From IMG/VR virus record IMGVR_UViG_3300044631_002251: a DNA stretch of 64,000 bases; one strand, 5' to 3'. This DNA is from an uncultured virus (IMG/VR IMGVR_UViG_3300044631_002251) (lineage: Duplodnaviria; Heunggongvirae; Uroviricota; Caudoviricetes). The notes below the pieces were generated by a model, which was not told where the DNA came from, made no database searches, and saw only the letters and a list, made by a program, of their open reading frames with translations. This document shows positions 20,256-29,968 of the stretch, piece by piece. Each line of letters starts with the position of its first letter. The stretch's first letter is position 1. The position numbers and the translations under genes are program-made.

Positions 20256-20276
20256 TATTAAACACAAATAACGAAA

Positions 20277-20309
20277 AAAGCCGCCCTAAAAAGCGGCTTT
20301 ACTTTTTTC
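20277..20309 (+). terminator. Intrinsic terminator
   Basis: aaagccgc-cctaaaaa-gcggcttt plus T-rich tract. Confidence 0.75.
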
Positions 20310-20340
20310 TATATAAGACTAAAATAGTGTAATTTTAAAT

Positions 20341-20808
20341 ATGAATTTAATAGTAGACTTATCTGAGCTTATTGCCAAAAAAAGACAAGGACCAAAAAGC
20401 TCCGCTCAAACTCCAGCAAAGCCAGATGAACGCAAGAAAGGTTCTAGCGTAAACGAGCCGGGATCTGCTGGTACAACCCCAGATGCCAAAGAAAGAGCTA
20501 AAGAAGTTTTAAAGAAAAAAGATGAAAAGCAATTAGTCAGTAAAGCTGAAATAACTTTTAGCCAAAAGGTAACTAACGCTTTGAAAGAAAAAGTAAAAAA
20601 TCATAACGCTAAACATTCTAAGAAAGTAACTCTTGGTCAATTAAAGAAAGTATATCGCAGAGGCTTAGGCGCATTTAGCGCAAGTCATAGACCTGGACAA
20701 TCAAGAGCAGCATGGGCTATGGCAAGAGTAAACACATTCCTAAGAATGCAAGGTGGCGGCAAAGTTAAAGACTCTTATCGTCGCGCAGATCAAGACATAG
20801 CCAACTAA
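20341..20808 (+). CDS. Basic hypothetical protein (putative virion-associated)
   Basis: LKKVYRRGLGAF...WAMARVN module; GTGTAA-N8-ATG upstream. Confidence 0.6.
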   Translation: MNLIVDLSELIAKKRQGPKSSAQTPAKPDERKKGSSVNEPGSAGTTPDAKERAKEVLKKKDEKQLVSKAEITFSQKVTNALKEKVKNHNAKHSKKVTLGQLKKVYRRGLGAFSASHRPGQSRAAWAMARVNTFLRMQGGGKVKDSYRRADQDIAN

Positions 20809-20812
20809 CAAT

Positions 20813-20950
20813 ATGAACGATAAAATAGTAGATATTTATTCTTTTAATGATTTTGAAGATTGTGATTTTAATGAAGCTCTTTCTGATTTAAAAGAATTTG
20901 GTGTAAATGAAGATGAACTAAATCTTAATTTTATTAATTTAGAAGATTAA
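20813..20950 (+). CDS. 45-aa acidic microprotein (not in ORF track)
   Basis: MNDKIVDIYSFNDFEDCDFNEALSDLKEFG...; fills the gap between neighbours exactly. Confidence 0.55.
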   Translation: MNDKIVDIYSFNDFEDCDFNEALSDLKEFGVNEDELNLNFINLED

Positions 20951-20951
20951 A

Positions 20952-21317
20952 ATGAATATTGTAACTAAATTATTAACCTATCAGAATCAAGTTAAGATTC
21001 TTCATTGGCAAACAACTTCTTACTCTGAGCATAAAACTCTTGATGGATTATATGGAGATCTATCAGGACATATTGATGAATTCGTTGAAACTTTCATGGG
21101 TAAGTATGGAAGAGTCATGGCACAAACTAATTTTAATCTAACCTTAGAGAATTATAAGAATATGGCTCCTATGGTTTTAACGCTTGATATGGAAAATTAT
21201 TTGATCAACGAATTGCCAACAATGCTTGACGCAAAAAAAGATACAGATCTCTTAAACATAAGAGACGAAATACTAGCTTCTGTAAATCAAACTAAGTATT
21301 TATTAACTCTTAAATAA
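20952..21317 (+). CDS. Ferritin/Dps-like four-helix protein
   Basis: LHWQT...HKTLD...IDEFVE...GKYGR motifs. Confidence 0.75.
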   Translation: MNIVTKLLTYQNQVKILHWQTTSYSEHKTLDGLYGDLSGHIDEFVETFMGKYGRVMAQTNFNLTLENYKNMAPMVLTLDMENYLINELPTMLDAKKDTDLLNIRDEILASVNQTKYLLTLK

Positions 21318-21323
21318 TTTAAA

Positions 21324-22190
21324 ATGAATATATCAGTTAATTTCAGCAACGAAATTCGCGCAGCAAAAGATAAAAAAACTTTGAATAAGCCTTTTAGAAC
21401 TTCAAAAGGCCCAAAGAAATTCTCTGTTTATGTCAAAAATGAAAAAGGCAACATTGTTAAAGTTAATTTTGGCGATCCAAACATGGAAATAAAACGCGAT
21501 GATCCCGGTCGTCGTAAAAATTTTCGCGCTCGCCATCAATGCGACACAAATCCCGGTCCTCGTTGGAAAGCTAGATACTGGTCTTGCAAGATGTGGGAAT
21601 CTAAGAAGTCAGTAACCGACTACACCTCTAAAGGTGGAATCGATGATATCGTTCATCAATGGGATGGTATTACTTTTTGGGAAGAAGCTGATCTTCTAAA
21701 ACTAGCTCCTCATTTGGCTCAAGCTCAAGAAATCACAGAAGAAATTGAAACTGAATCCGAAGATGTAAACGAAGAAGCTGCCGAAATGGCTATCGCACAA
21801 TTAGCTTACATCTCAGACTATTCTAAAGACTTGCTTGAGAAACTTCGTTCAAATCCAAAGATGTCTGAAGAGATTGAACCTTGGGTTCAAAGCAAGATTA
21901 CTTTAATGGAGGATTACTTATTTGCTGTTTATAACTATCTTGTGTATTCTCAAGAATCAGAAAACAAAAATGAGAAACAAGTTATGGAAGCTGGTATGAG
22001 AATTTTAAATATTAACGCTTCATGTAAACATTATAATAGCGAAGGCATCGTTAAAGAAATCAAAGATCTTCCAAATGACATGGGCAAAATAGTTGCTTAT
22101 GAAGTTCTTAACGATGGAAACAACTTTAAAAAAGGTGATATTTTAACAAAAACAATAGATCAAATTAAAATCCTAGAAGGTAATAAATAA
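21324..22190 (+). CDS. Modular hypothetical phage protein
   Basis: Basic VNFGDP...FRARHQC module, acidic linker, WVQSKIT module, SH3-like C-terminus. Confidence 0.6.
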   Translation: MNISVNFSNEIRAAKDKKTLNKPFRTSKGPKKFSVYVKNEKGNIVKVNFGDPNMEIKRDDPGRRKNFRARHQCDTNPGPRWKARYWSCKMWESKKSVTDYTSKGGIDDIVHQWDGITFWEEADLLKLAPHLAQAQEITEEIETESEDVNEEAAEMAIAQLAYISDYSKDLLEKLRSNPKMSEEIEPWVQSKITLMEDYLFAVYNYLVYSQESENKNEKQVMEAGMRILNINASCKHYNSEGIVKEIKDLPNDMGKIVAYEVLNDGNNFKKGDILTKTIDQIKILEGNK

Positions 22191-22191
22191 C

Positions 22192-22722
22192 ATGAAATCA
22201 AATTTAAAATTCGATACAAAAAATTTCGTCGCTGAAATCTCCATCTCTAATATGATGGAAGAAGATGAAATGGAAATGCATAGCGAATATATGAGCGAGT
22301 GTATGCTCAAAGATGAATCTTTGATCAATACCGCTGGTATGTCTACAAGTGACGCTAAGTATATGTGCGGCATGTCATACATGAAAAATCGCCCAATGCT
22401 TAATGAGATGGCAGGTCAATTGACCGAAAAACAAAAAACCCTTCCTCCCGCTCTTCAAAAAGCTATTCTAAAAAGAATGAGCAAGAAAGGGAATTTGAAT
22501 GAAGAAGGAAAGAAAGAAGCTGGTGAATCACCAGAATCTGAAAAGTCTGAAGCTGCTCAGATAGCTGTTTTCCCAGAAACCCCCGCTCCCCCATCAGGAA
22601 ACATTACTCCAGATGCAGCTATAGAAGGTTTGAAAATAGATGAAAAGCTAAAAGCAGAGCAAGAAAAATCTGCTCCAAAAAACCCAGGTCTGCAAAGTCC
22701 TACGTTCGATCCAAAAGCTTAA
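22192..22722 (+). CDS. Hypothetical protein
   Basis: ORF followed by a terminator; LTEKQKTLPPALQKAI motif. Confidence 0.6.
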   Translation: MKSNLKFDTKNFVAEISISNMMEEDEMEMHSEYMSECMLKDESLINTAGMSTSDAKYMCGMSYMKNRPMLNEMAGQLTEKQKTLPPALQKAILKRMSKKGNLNEEGKKEAGESPESEKSEAAQIAVFPETPAPPSGNITPDAAIEGLKIDEKLKAEQEKSAPKNPGLQSPTFDPKA

Positions 22723-22729
22723 TTTAAAT

Positions 22730-22757
22730 AAAACCGCTAGGCAACTAGCGGTTTTTT
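22730..22757 (+). terminator. Intrinsic terminator
   Basis: aaaaccgctag-gcaa-ctagcggtttttt (GNRA loop). Confidence 0.9.
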
Positions 22758-22761
22758 GCTA

Positions 22762-22790
22762 TTGACAAGTCTCATATTCTTGCGTAACCT
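22762..22790 (+). promoter_or_regulatory. Sigma70-like promoter of the replication module
   Basis: TTGACA-N17-TAACCT, 7 nt before ATG 22798. Confidence 0.7.
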
Positions 22791-22797
22791 TTTGAGG

Positions 22798-23118
22798 ATG
22801 AATAAAAGAGAGCTATTAAATAAGCTTTTGCATATTCCTAAAAAAGTTCATCCATCGTTCTGGGGTAAACAATTCAGAATACTTAATTCTCTTCTCAAAA
22901 AGTTTCCAGATATGAAATTCTGGGAACAAGTTGTAGTTGTAAGAGTTGATTGCCTCACTTTATATGCTGGAGAAGATGCCAATGGAATAGCTGATAAATA
23001 TAAGAAATATATTTTTCAACCTGAATTAAAGAATATAGAATTTCAGCTTGGTGAAAAAGCTGGACAAGACTATAATATTATGGTAAAACCTAGAACAATT
23101 AAAGACTTTCTAAAATGA
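22798..23118 (+). CDS. Hypothetical protein
   Basis: ORF overlapping the recA start; ATG at 22798. Confidence 0.6.
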   Translation: MNKRELLNKLLHIPKKVHPSFWGKQFRILNSLLKKFPDMKFWEQVVVVRVDCLTLYAGEDANGIADKYKKYIFQPELKNIEFQLGEKAGQDYNIMVKPRTIKDFLK

Positions 23119-24290
23119 GTAAAAAGAATAATAATAAAGAAGAAGTAGATAGTGGTAAAATTACTACATCTCAAGATCAGCTAAAAAGCTTCTTGAAGCA
23201 AAATAAAGAATCTCATTATAATTACGAACCAACTATTGATTACAAGGTTTCAAGCGGCAGTCTCCTGCTTGATTACTTTCTAGCTGGTGGTATCGGTACT
23301 GGATTGCATCGATTCTGTGGAATCAATGAAGGAGGCAAAACGAGTTGCGCTCTTCAATTCATGAAGAACTTCTTAGATCAACCTAAGAAGCGCAAAGGAT
23401 TTTATATCAAAGCTGAAGGTCGATTGAGCAATGAAATGATCACTCGCTCTGGAGTTAAGTTTGTATTCAATGAAGAAGAATGGGTCGAAGGTACATGTTT
23501 TGTTTTTGAGTCAAATATTCATGAAACAGTATTTGATGCAATGCGAGAACTAGTTGGTAAGAATGATGAGAAAATGATGTATTTTTTTCTCCTAGATTCT
23601 GTCGATGGTTTAATTAGAAAGGGTGATCTTGATAAAACCTTCGAAGAGTCGCAAAAGGTTGCTGGCGGTGCAGTAATCGCAGCAGATCTTATGAAGCGCA
23701 TGTCTATCGCACTTCAAAAGCGTGGACATATTGCAGTATTTATTTCTCAAGTTCGTGCTGATATCAAACTTGATCCATACAGCAAGGCTCCAATTCGTCA
23801 AACGACTGCTACAGGTGGTAACGCTTTGCTACATTTTGCTAACTGGATTTTTGAATTTGATGCTCGTTTTAAGGGTGATCTAATTCTTGAAGATCCTAAC
23901 GCTTCTTACGATGAGCAAAAGAATCCATATCTTGGACACTTTGTGAAGATTGTTGTTAAGAAGTCTCCAAATGAAAGAACTAACTGTACTATTCGATATC
24001 CAATTAAATATGGAAGAAAGAATGGTACTTCTAATTGGGTAGAAAAGGAAATCTTTGATTTTCTAACTATGTGGGAAATCGCTATTAAGAAGGGAGCTTG
24101 GATTAGCTTTGATGAAGAGTTTCTTAATACTTTAAAGGAAGCTGGCTTTACAGAATTTCCTGCTCAAATTCAAGGAGCAGCTAAGTTTGAACAAATTGTC
24201 AACGACAATGAAAAACTTAAGAATTTCTTCTTTAAGTATATCAGCGAAAACCTACTAAATTTTGGCGATGGAATTTCTATCTCTGAGTAA
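23115..24290 (+). CDS. recA: RecA/UvsX-like recombinase
   Basis: SSGSLLLD, GINEGGKT, LDSVDGL, ISQVR, TGGNALLH motifs. Confidence 0.9.
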   Translation: MSKKNNNKEEVDSGKITTSQDQLKSFLKQNKESHYNYEPTIDYKVSSGSLLLDYFLAGGIGTGLHRFCGINEGGKTSCALQFMKNFLDQPKKRKGFYIKAEGRLSNEMITRSGVKFVFNEEEWVEGTCFVFESNIHETVFDAMRELVGKNDEKMMYFFLLDSVDGLIRKGDLDKTFEESQKVAGGAVIAADLMKRMSIALQKRGHIAVFISQVRADIKLDPYSKAPIRQTTATGGNALLHFANWIFEFDARFKGDLILEDPNASYDEQKNPYLGHFVKIVVKKSPNERTNCTIRYPIKYGRKNGTSNWVEKEIFDFLTMWEIAIKKGAWISFDEEFLNTLKEAGFTEFPAQIQGAAKFEQIVNDNEKLKNFFFKYISENLLNFGDGISISE

Positions 24291-24675
24291 TAAGAAAAGA
24301 CGTTGCAAAAATGCTCGCAATTATTTAATTAATTGGAGTATGGATAGCCGTAGTAAATTTCAAACTGAAGCTAAGAAATTTTTACGAAACTATTGGCAGC
24401 ATAATATTGTGTTTGAAGAGTTTCCTATAGTAGGAACTCGTCTTACCTTGGACTTTTATAACGCTAATAAAAAAATAGCTATAGAAGTTCAAGGTAGGCA
24501 ACACACTGGTTTTGTTAAATTCTTCCATGAAAATAGAATGAATTTTCTTCATCAATTAAATAGAGACAAGAAAAAAGAACGTTTCTGCGAACTTAATGAA
24601 ATTACACTTGTAACTATTTTCGAAAACGATACAATAAATAAAGACCTTTTCGAAAGTCAAGGTGTAATATTATAA
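24268..24675 (+). CDS. DUF559/Vsr-like endonuclease
   Basis: LDFY...IAIEVQGRQH...RDKKKE motif. Confidence 0.75.
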   Translation: MEFLSLSNKKRRCKNARNYLINWSMDSRSKFQTEAKKFLRNYWQHNIVFEEFPIVGTRLTLDFYNANKKIAIEVQGRQHTGFVKFFHENRMNFLHQLNRDKKKERFCELNEITLVTIFENDTINKDLFESQGVIL

Positions 24676-24676
24676 C

Positions 24677-24937
24677 ATGAAGAAGGACTCTCAATCAGAG
24701 AATTTTAAACAGTTCAAAATTCCTGAAAACTATTTTAACAAACTCTATGAGTTCAGTGGGTCCGATGAATCCTCCAAAGGATTTATAGTGGCTTATGTCT
24801 CTCAAGATGGATGCCCCATGATTTATACTAAAGTAGCCAATCCAATCGTAGAAATGGGTTTAGTTAAGGCTTTGGAAAAGTATTTAGATGAGGTAGACAA
24901 CGAACAGAATTCCATTGACATGACTGACGAGCCGTGA
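24677..24937 (+). CDS. Hypothetical protein
   Basis: ORF with GTGTAA-N9-ATG upstream. Confidence 0.6.
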   Translation: MKKDSQSENFKQFKIPENYFNKLYEFSGSDESSKGFIVAYVSQDGCPMIYTKVANPIVEMGLVKALEKYLDEVDNEQNSIDMTDEP

Positions 24938-24952
24938 TAACGTCCGTTCGGA

Positions 24953-26467
24953 ATGATTTATTCGTATGATTTAGAGACTCAGTTGCTCGCTGGACTGATT
25001 AAATATCCAGAAAGATACGCAGATGTTGCATCTTTCGTGACAGAGAAAGACTTCTGGAGTGAAAGCTCTAAGATAAATAGAACTATTTTTTGTGTGCTTC
25101 GTCAAGCAATTGACAACGGTGAAAAAATTGATGACGTAGTAATATCTCAAAGAGTAAAGAATTTTGGGGTAACTTTTGAGGACAATATCAATCCATCTGA
25201 TTATATTGAATCTTTGTCTCTCAAGAAGTTGTCCCCAGAATCTATTATAAGCGTTGCTAAAGAGTTGAAGAAGTACACTATTCGTCGCGAAATTGCGATG
25301 TGTGGTGCAGAGATCAATAAGAAGATGAAGTCTATCTCTCCATCTTCTGATTACAGTGTTATCATTGAATGCGCTGATAAACTTTATAATGATCAAATTA
25401 ATCTCTATGAAACTGGTGCAGATCAACCAGAAAATATTTTTGATGAAATGGAAGCTCTTGTTGAAGAGCGTGGAAATAATCCAGTCACTGAATTTGGATT
25501 CGCTGGACCGCATCCAAAAACTCAAGACATGTACGGTTCTCTTTTGAGACCGGGAAATATCACTGTTATCGTCGCTCGTTCAGGTGTTGGTAAAACTCAA
25601 TTCTGTTTAGATTTTACTACAAAGGTATCTGAACAATATGAAGTACCAGTTCTTCATTTTGATAACGGTGAAATGAGCAAAGAGGAACTTATTTTTAGAC
25701 AATGCGCTGCAATGTCCAAAGTTCCAATGTATCTATTAGAAAGCGGAAATTGGCGTAAGGCTGGTGCAGAAATTGTAGATAATGTCAGATCAGTATGGAA
25801 AACTATCAATAAAAGATACAAGCATTTATATTATTATAATGTAGGTGGCATGAGCGTTGATGCTCAGATTAGTGTTCTAAAAAGATTTTACTACTCCAAG
25901 ATAGGTCGTGGAAATCCTATGATTTTTAGCTTTGACTATATCAAGACTACAAGTGAAAATGGAGGTAATAAAACCGAATGGCAGCTTGTTGGAGAGATGG
26001 TTGATAAATATAAACGTTGTATTCAAAGAGATATCGTAAGCGATAAAGGCCCATGCATATCAATGATGACATCAGTACAATCTAATCGTGCTGGTATCGT
26101 CACCAATAAGAATTCATCAAATATCACTGATGATGAAAGTATCGTTTCTCTTTCTGATCGCATTACCCAATTCGCTTCTCATCTATTTATTCTGCGACAA
26201 AAGACATCTGATGAATTACAGAATGAAGTTGGTTTTGGAACGCACAAGTTCATTAATATAAAAGCTCGCCATCTTGGCAAAGATATTGCTGGAGCCATTA
26301 ATCCAGTAAAACTTGCAGATGGTACTCTTAAAAAGAATTTTGTTAATCTTGAAATTGCTAATTTCTGTGTCTCAGAAAAGGGTGATTATAGAGATATCGT
26401 TGATGCTCTTGGCACAAACGCAACTGTAATTAAAGATAACGATGACGACGTACCTAACCTCGATTAA
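24953..26467 (+). CDS. dnaB: Replicative DNA helicase DnaB
   Basis: N-terminal DnaB domain, ARSGVGKT, GEMS, FDYI, QSNR, KAR motifs. Confidence 0.9.
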   Translation: MIYSYDLETQLLAGLIKYPERYADVASFVTEKDFWSESSKINRTIFCVLRQAIDNGEKIDDVVISQRVKNFGVTFEDNINPSDYIESLSLKKLSPESIISVAKELKKYTIRREIAMCGAEINKKMKSISPSSDYSVIIECADKLYNDQINLYETGADQPENIFDEMEALVEERGNNPVTEFGFAGPHPKTQDMYGSLLRPGNITVIVARSGVGKTQFCLDFTTKVSEQYEVPVLHFDNGEMSKEELIFRQCAAMSKVPMYLLESGNWRKAGAEIVDNVRSVWKTINKRYKHLYYYNVGGMSVDAQISVLKRFYYSKIGRGNPMIFSFDYIKTTSENGGNKTEWQLVGEMVDKYKRCIQRDIVSDKGPCISMMTSVQSNRAGIVTNKNSSNITDDESIVSLSDRITQFASHLFILRQKTSDELQNEVGFGTHKFINIKARHLGKDIAGAINPVKLADGTLKKNFVNLEIANFCVSEKGDYRDIVDALGTNATVIKDNDDDVPNLD

Positions 26468-27521
26468 CAATCAAGCAGAGGCTATTGAAAAAACGTTGAT
26501 TGATCTTGGATATCAATTATCAGATCGCGGCAAATACTGGCAATGCAATGCCGTTTATCGTGATGGTGACAATAGAACCGCTCTACAAATTTGGAAAGAC
26601 ACTGGAATCTGGAAAGATTTTGTAGCCAACACTTCTTATCAACCTTTTAAAAGACTTCTTGAGCTTACTTGTAATGATGATTCAAAGATAGAAGAAATCT
26701 TGCAATCAATTAAGACTAATAATGATCCCTGTATAGAATCAATCAGAACACCCAAAATGGAATCAGATCAATTTTTTGACCATGATGAAGTAAAAACTTT
26801 GCTTCCTCACTATGACTTTTACAACAAGAAGAACATTAGTTCTGAAGTTCTTGAGCTTTATCGTTCTGGTTTTTCTATGTCTGGAAAGATGAATGGTCGT
26901 TTCGTATTTCCAATATTCGATGAAAATAAAAAAGTAATCGGCATCAGTGGACGACATTTATTGTGGAAGCCGAACAATTCCGCTCCCAAGTGGAAACACA
27001 TTGGCAGAAAAGGTAATTGGATTTATCCTATAAATCTTCAAAGTGAAGAAGATAACGTGTTCAAGAAAACTATTGAAGAAAAGCGTTCGATCATTCTTGT
27101 CGAAGGAATTGGCGACAGCTTGGCTTTATCTCAGCAAGGATATTATAATCATCTAGTAGTTTTCGGCTTGGAGATAAGTTCTAAACAATTGTCTTATCTA
27201 ATGTCATTGTCCATAGATGAGGTTGTTATTTCCACAAACAACGATGCAGACAAAACTGATAATCGCGGACTTCAAGCTGCCATTAAAATATTCTTAAAGC
27301 TTATTAAGTATATTGATATTGATAAAGTTAAAATTAAGCTTCCTATTTGTAAAGACTTTGGCGAAATGCTAGAGAAAGGTATTACAATGGAACGATGGCA
27401 GAATAAGAAAAGAGATAGAATAACTCAAGTAGAATACATTCTTGATTATGTATATAATAACGATAAGGATAAGAAAACCATTTCTATTCTTAAAGATTAT
27501 TTAGAAAGTTTGAAGCTTTGA
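26442..27521 (+). CDS. dnaG: DNA primase (TOPRIM)
   Basis: GRFVFPI, GISGR, LVEGIGD motifs; follows dnaB. Confidence 0.85.
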   Translation: MTTYLTSINNQAEAIEKTLIDLGYQLSDRGKYWQCNAVYRDGDNRTALQIWKDTGIWKDFVANTSYQPFKRLLELTCNDDSKIEEILQSIKTNNDPCIESIRTPKMESDQFFDHDEVKTLLPHYDFYNKKNISSEVLELYRSGFSMSGKMNGRFVFPIFDENKKVIGISGRHLLWKPNNSAPKWKHIGRKGNWIYPINLQSEEDNVFKKTIEEKRSIILVEGIGDSLALSQQGYYNHLVVFGLEISSKQLSYLMSLSIDEVVISTNNDADKTDNRGLQAAIKIFLKLIKYIDIDKVKIKLPICKDFGEMLEKGITMERWQNKKRDRITQVEYILDYVYNNDKDKKTISILKDYLESLKL

Positions 27522-28570
27522 AGGAAACATTATCAGCTAGTAAAATCAAGACGCTAAAATCCTGCTCATGGCAGTATTGGTGCAAGTATGTTTTAAAGTT
27601 GCCAGACAAAACTAATTCTGGAGCTTTAATTGGCGATACTGTTCACATCATTCTTGAGTGTCTCGCTCTGCCTCGTCATAAAAAACATTATGACATCATT
27701 GTAAAAAAACAAAACATCTTCGCTTCAAAAGCGATTAAGAAGATGGTTTATAAACACATCAAGCGCAAGAATCTTAATGAACAAGAGAATCTGCAAGATA
27801 TTTGTTCAATGGCTTTAAAAGGATTGATGTATGATTTTTTTGGCAAGAAATTTGGTGAACCAACAGAAGTGATTTCAGAAAAAGATTTTGAGATTACCGT
27901 CCAAGAAGAAGATGTTAATTACAAGATCAAGGGTTTTATTGACAGGCTCTTTATTTATGGTAATCATGGAGTCGTATTAATTAGAGATTTTAAAACAAAT
28001 AAAAAGAAATACGAAGGTAAAGAAGTAACCGATAATCTGCAAGATTATATGTACACTCTTGCTATTAGAAAGTTATATCCCCATCTTAAAGATATTAAAA
28101 TGGAATTCTTGTTCTTGAAACAAGATTTAAATGCTGATGGAGTTATGCCCATGCAAGCCAAAGATAAATATGAGCTTCTTGGCTTTGAGCATGAACTTAC
28201 TGGCTATCAAAAATACGCTGATTCTTTTACAGATAAAACCGCTATATCTAACATGGCGGCAAAGCAAGGAATGCCCAAAGATGGTAGTTTTGCTGGAAAA
28301 CTTCTATGTGGCTTTGCTAAACAACCTAATCAAATTAAAAAAGACGGTACTCCAATGTGGTACTGTACTTATAAATTTGGATTTGATTATTTTGCAATTG
28401 TAGATAAAGATGGTAAAGTAAAAAAATCAGCATTTACTAAAAAAGAATTGCAGAAAATTAAACTTCAAGAAGGAGAAAAATTAATAAAAAGTAAGTACGA
28501 TGGATGCCCATGTTTTAAACCTGTTGAAACTCCTGACGATTTTGACGCTTTCGATCTTGACAAATTCTAG
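27518..28570 (+). CDS. PD-(D/E)XK (RecB/Cas4-like) exonuclease
   Basis: LSASKIKT...C, GDTVH, GFIDRL, RDFKT motifs. Confidence 0.85.
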   Translation: MKETLSASKIKTLKSCSWQYWCKYVLKLPDKTNSGALIGDTVHIILECLALPRHKKHYDIIVKKQNIFASKAIKKMVYKHIKRKNLNEQENLQDICSMALKGLMYDFFGKKFGEPTEVISEKDFEITVQEEDVNYKIKGFIDRLFIYGNHGVVLIRDFKTNKKKYEGKEVTDNLQDYMYTLAIRKLYPHLKDIKMEFLFLKQDLNADGVMPMQAKDKYELLGFEHELTGYQKYADSFTDKTAISNMAAKQGMPKDGSFAGKLLCGFAKQPNQIKKDGTPMWYCTYKFGFDYFAIVDKDGKVKKSAFTKKELQKIKLQEGEKLIKSKYDGCPCFKPVETPDDFDAFDLDKF

Positions 28571-28593
28571 TTCTTCGCTAGAATTTGGGCGAC

Positions 28594-29352
28594 ATGCTAC
28601 CATTGTTTAAATCTCATTTCAGTATAGGAAAATCTATACTGACTTTAGATGATCCAAAGAAGGTCACTGAAGGAGGATCTGATAGTGTATTTAAGATCGC
28701 GAAAGACAACGGTCTTAAACAGATTATATTAGTCGAAGACTCGTTGATTGGATTCTTTGAAGCGTACAAGCGCAGCAAAGAAATGGGTATTCAATTAATA
28801 TTTGGCCTAAGACTTTCAATGAGAAACTCTGCTCTTCCAGAAGACGAAGGCAGTCAACATAAAGTAATTATCTTTGCTAAAGATGATATTGGGTGCAAGC
28901 TGCTCAATAAAATCTATTCAAAAGCCTTTTGCACCAATTCTGGCTTTCTAAGTTATAGCGACTTGAAGGAGTTGTGGAATGAAGCGTCTCTCAAGCTCGC
29001 TATTCCATTTTATGATTCATTCATTTACATAAATAATTTATCCTTTGGCAACGCTGTTCCTGATCTTTCTTTCACTAAAGCCACTTTGTTTTACGAAGAT
29101 AACGCCTTAGCTTTAGATTATATTCTTCAAGAGAAGGTAAAAGAATTCTCTATAAACAATGATCTGCCAATGGTTAAAGTTCGAAGTATTTATTATAACA
29201 AGAAATCTGACGTCAAAGCTTTTATGGCTTACAAGATAATCTGCAATAGATCTTTCGGCAAAGACCGTTCACTAGAAAAACCAGAGTTGCCTCATTTTTG
29301 CAGCGACAAATTTAGTTTCGAAGCTTGGAAGGAAGAAAATGCTACGATTTAA
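28594..29352 (+). CDS. Stand-alone PHP domain of DNA polymerase III alpha
   Basis: FKSHFSIGKSIL, IFGLRL, IIFAKDDIG motifs typical of the DnaE N-terminus. Confidence 0.8.
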   Translation: MLPLFKSHFSIGKSILTLDDPKKVTEGGSDSVFKIAKDNGLKQIILVEDSLIGFFEAYKRSKEMGIQLIFGLRLSMRNSALPEDEGSQHKVIIFAKDDIGCKLLNKIYSKAFCTNSGFLSYSDLKELWNEASLKLAIPFYDSFIYINNLSFGNAVPDLSFTKATLFYEDNALALDYILQEKVKEFSINNDLPMVKVRSIYYNKKSDVKAFMAYKIICNRSFGKDRSLEKPELPHFCSDKFSFEAWKEENATI

Positions 29353-29968
29353 TAAAGAACAAAAGTATATTTGTTTCGATTTTGAAACCTGTCATCTAAA
29401 TCTGCTTGATGACAGTAACAAGCCTTGGCAATTAAGCTATCTTATTGCTAAAGGTAGCAATATAATCAAAGAAGTAGACAATCATATCTATTGGCCTGAT
29501 CTGAAGCTTTCAGAAGGGGCAAAGCTTGTTACTCATTTTGATGAGCGTAAATATCATTCATTAGCCGCCGATCCAAAAGAAGTTCTGGAGGCTTTTGAAG
29601 ATTATATTTATAATGATGATTATCTGATTATTGGACAAAATCTATTGGGCTTTGATGTGTATATTCATAATACATACAGAAGACTAATGGGCAAGAAAAG
29701 CGACTTCTCTTATGTTAAGAGAATAATAGATACAAACTGTATGGCTAAAGCTATTAAAAAGAATCTCAAACCTCAAAGAGATTCTGATTTTACTTTTTGG
29801 CAGTATAGACTAAACGACTTCCGCGAAAAGGGATTGAAGACGAGCATTAAAACTCAATTGAAAGAATATAAGATTGACTTCGATGAGAATATGCTTCACA
29901 ATTCCATGTACGACGTTCAGATGAATTTTAAGATTTTTCAGAAGCAGCTTTGGCAAATTGAAATATGA
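29339..29968 (+). CDS. DEDDh 3'-5' exonuclease (DnaQ-like)
   Basis: FDFETC, GQNLLGFD, HNSMYDV motifs. Confidence 0.85.
   Translation: MLRFNKEQKYICFDFETCHLNLLDDSNKPWQLSYLIAKGSNIIKEVDNHIYWPDLKLSEGAKLVTHFDERKYHSLAADPKEVLEAFEDYIYNDDYLIIGQNLLGFDVYIHNTYRRLMGKKSDFSYVKRIIDTNCMAKAIKKNLKPQRDSDFTFWQYRLNDFREKGLKTSIKTQLKEYKIDFDENMLHNSMYDVQMNFKIFQKQLWQIEI

Noticed and set aside
27518..28570. Cas4 of a CRISPR system
   Set aside because: No other cas genes or array; replication context fits a phage exonuclease
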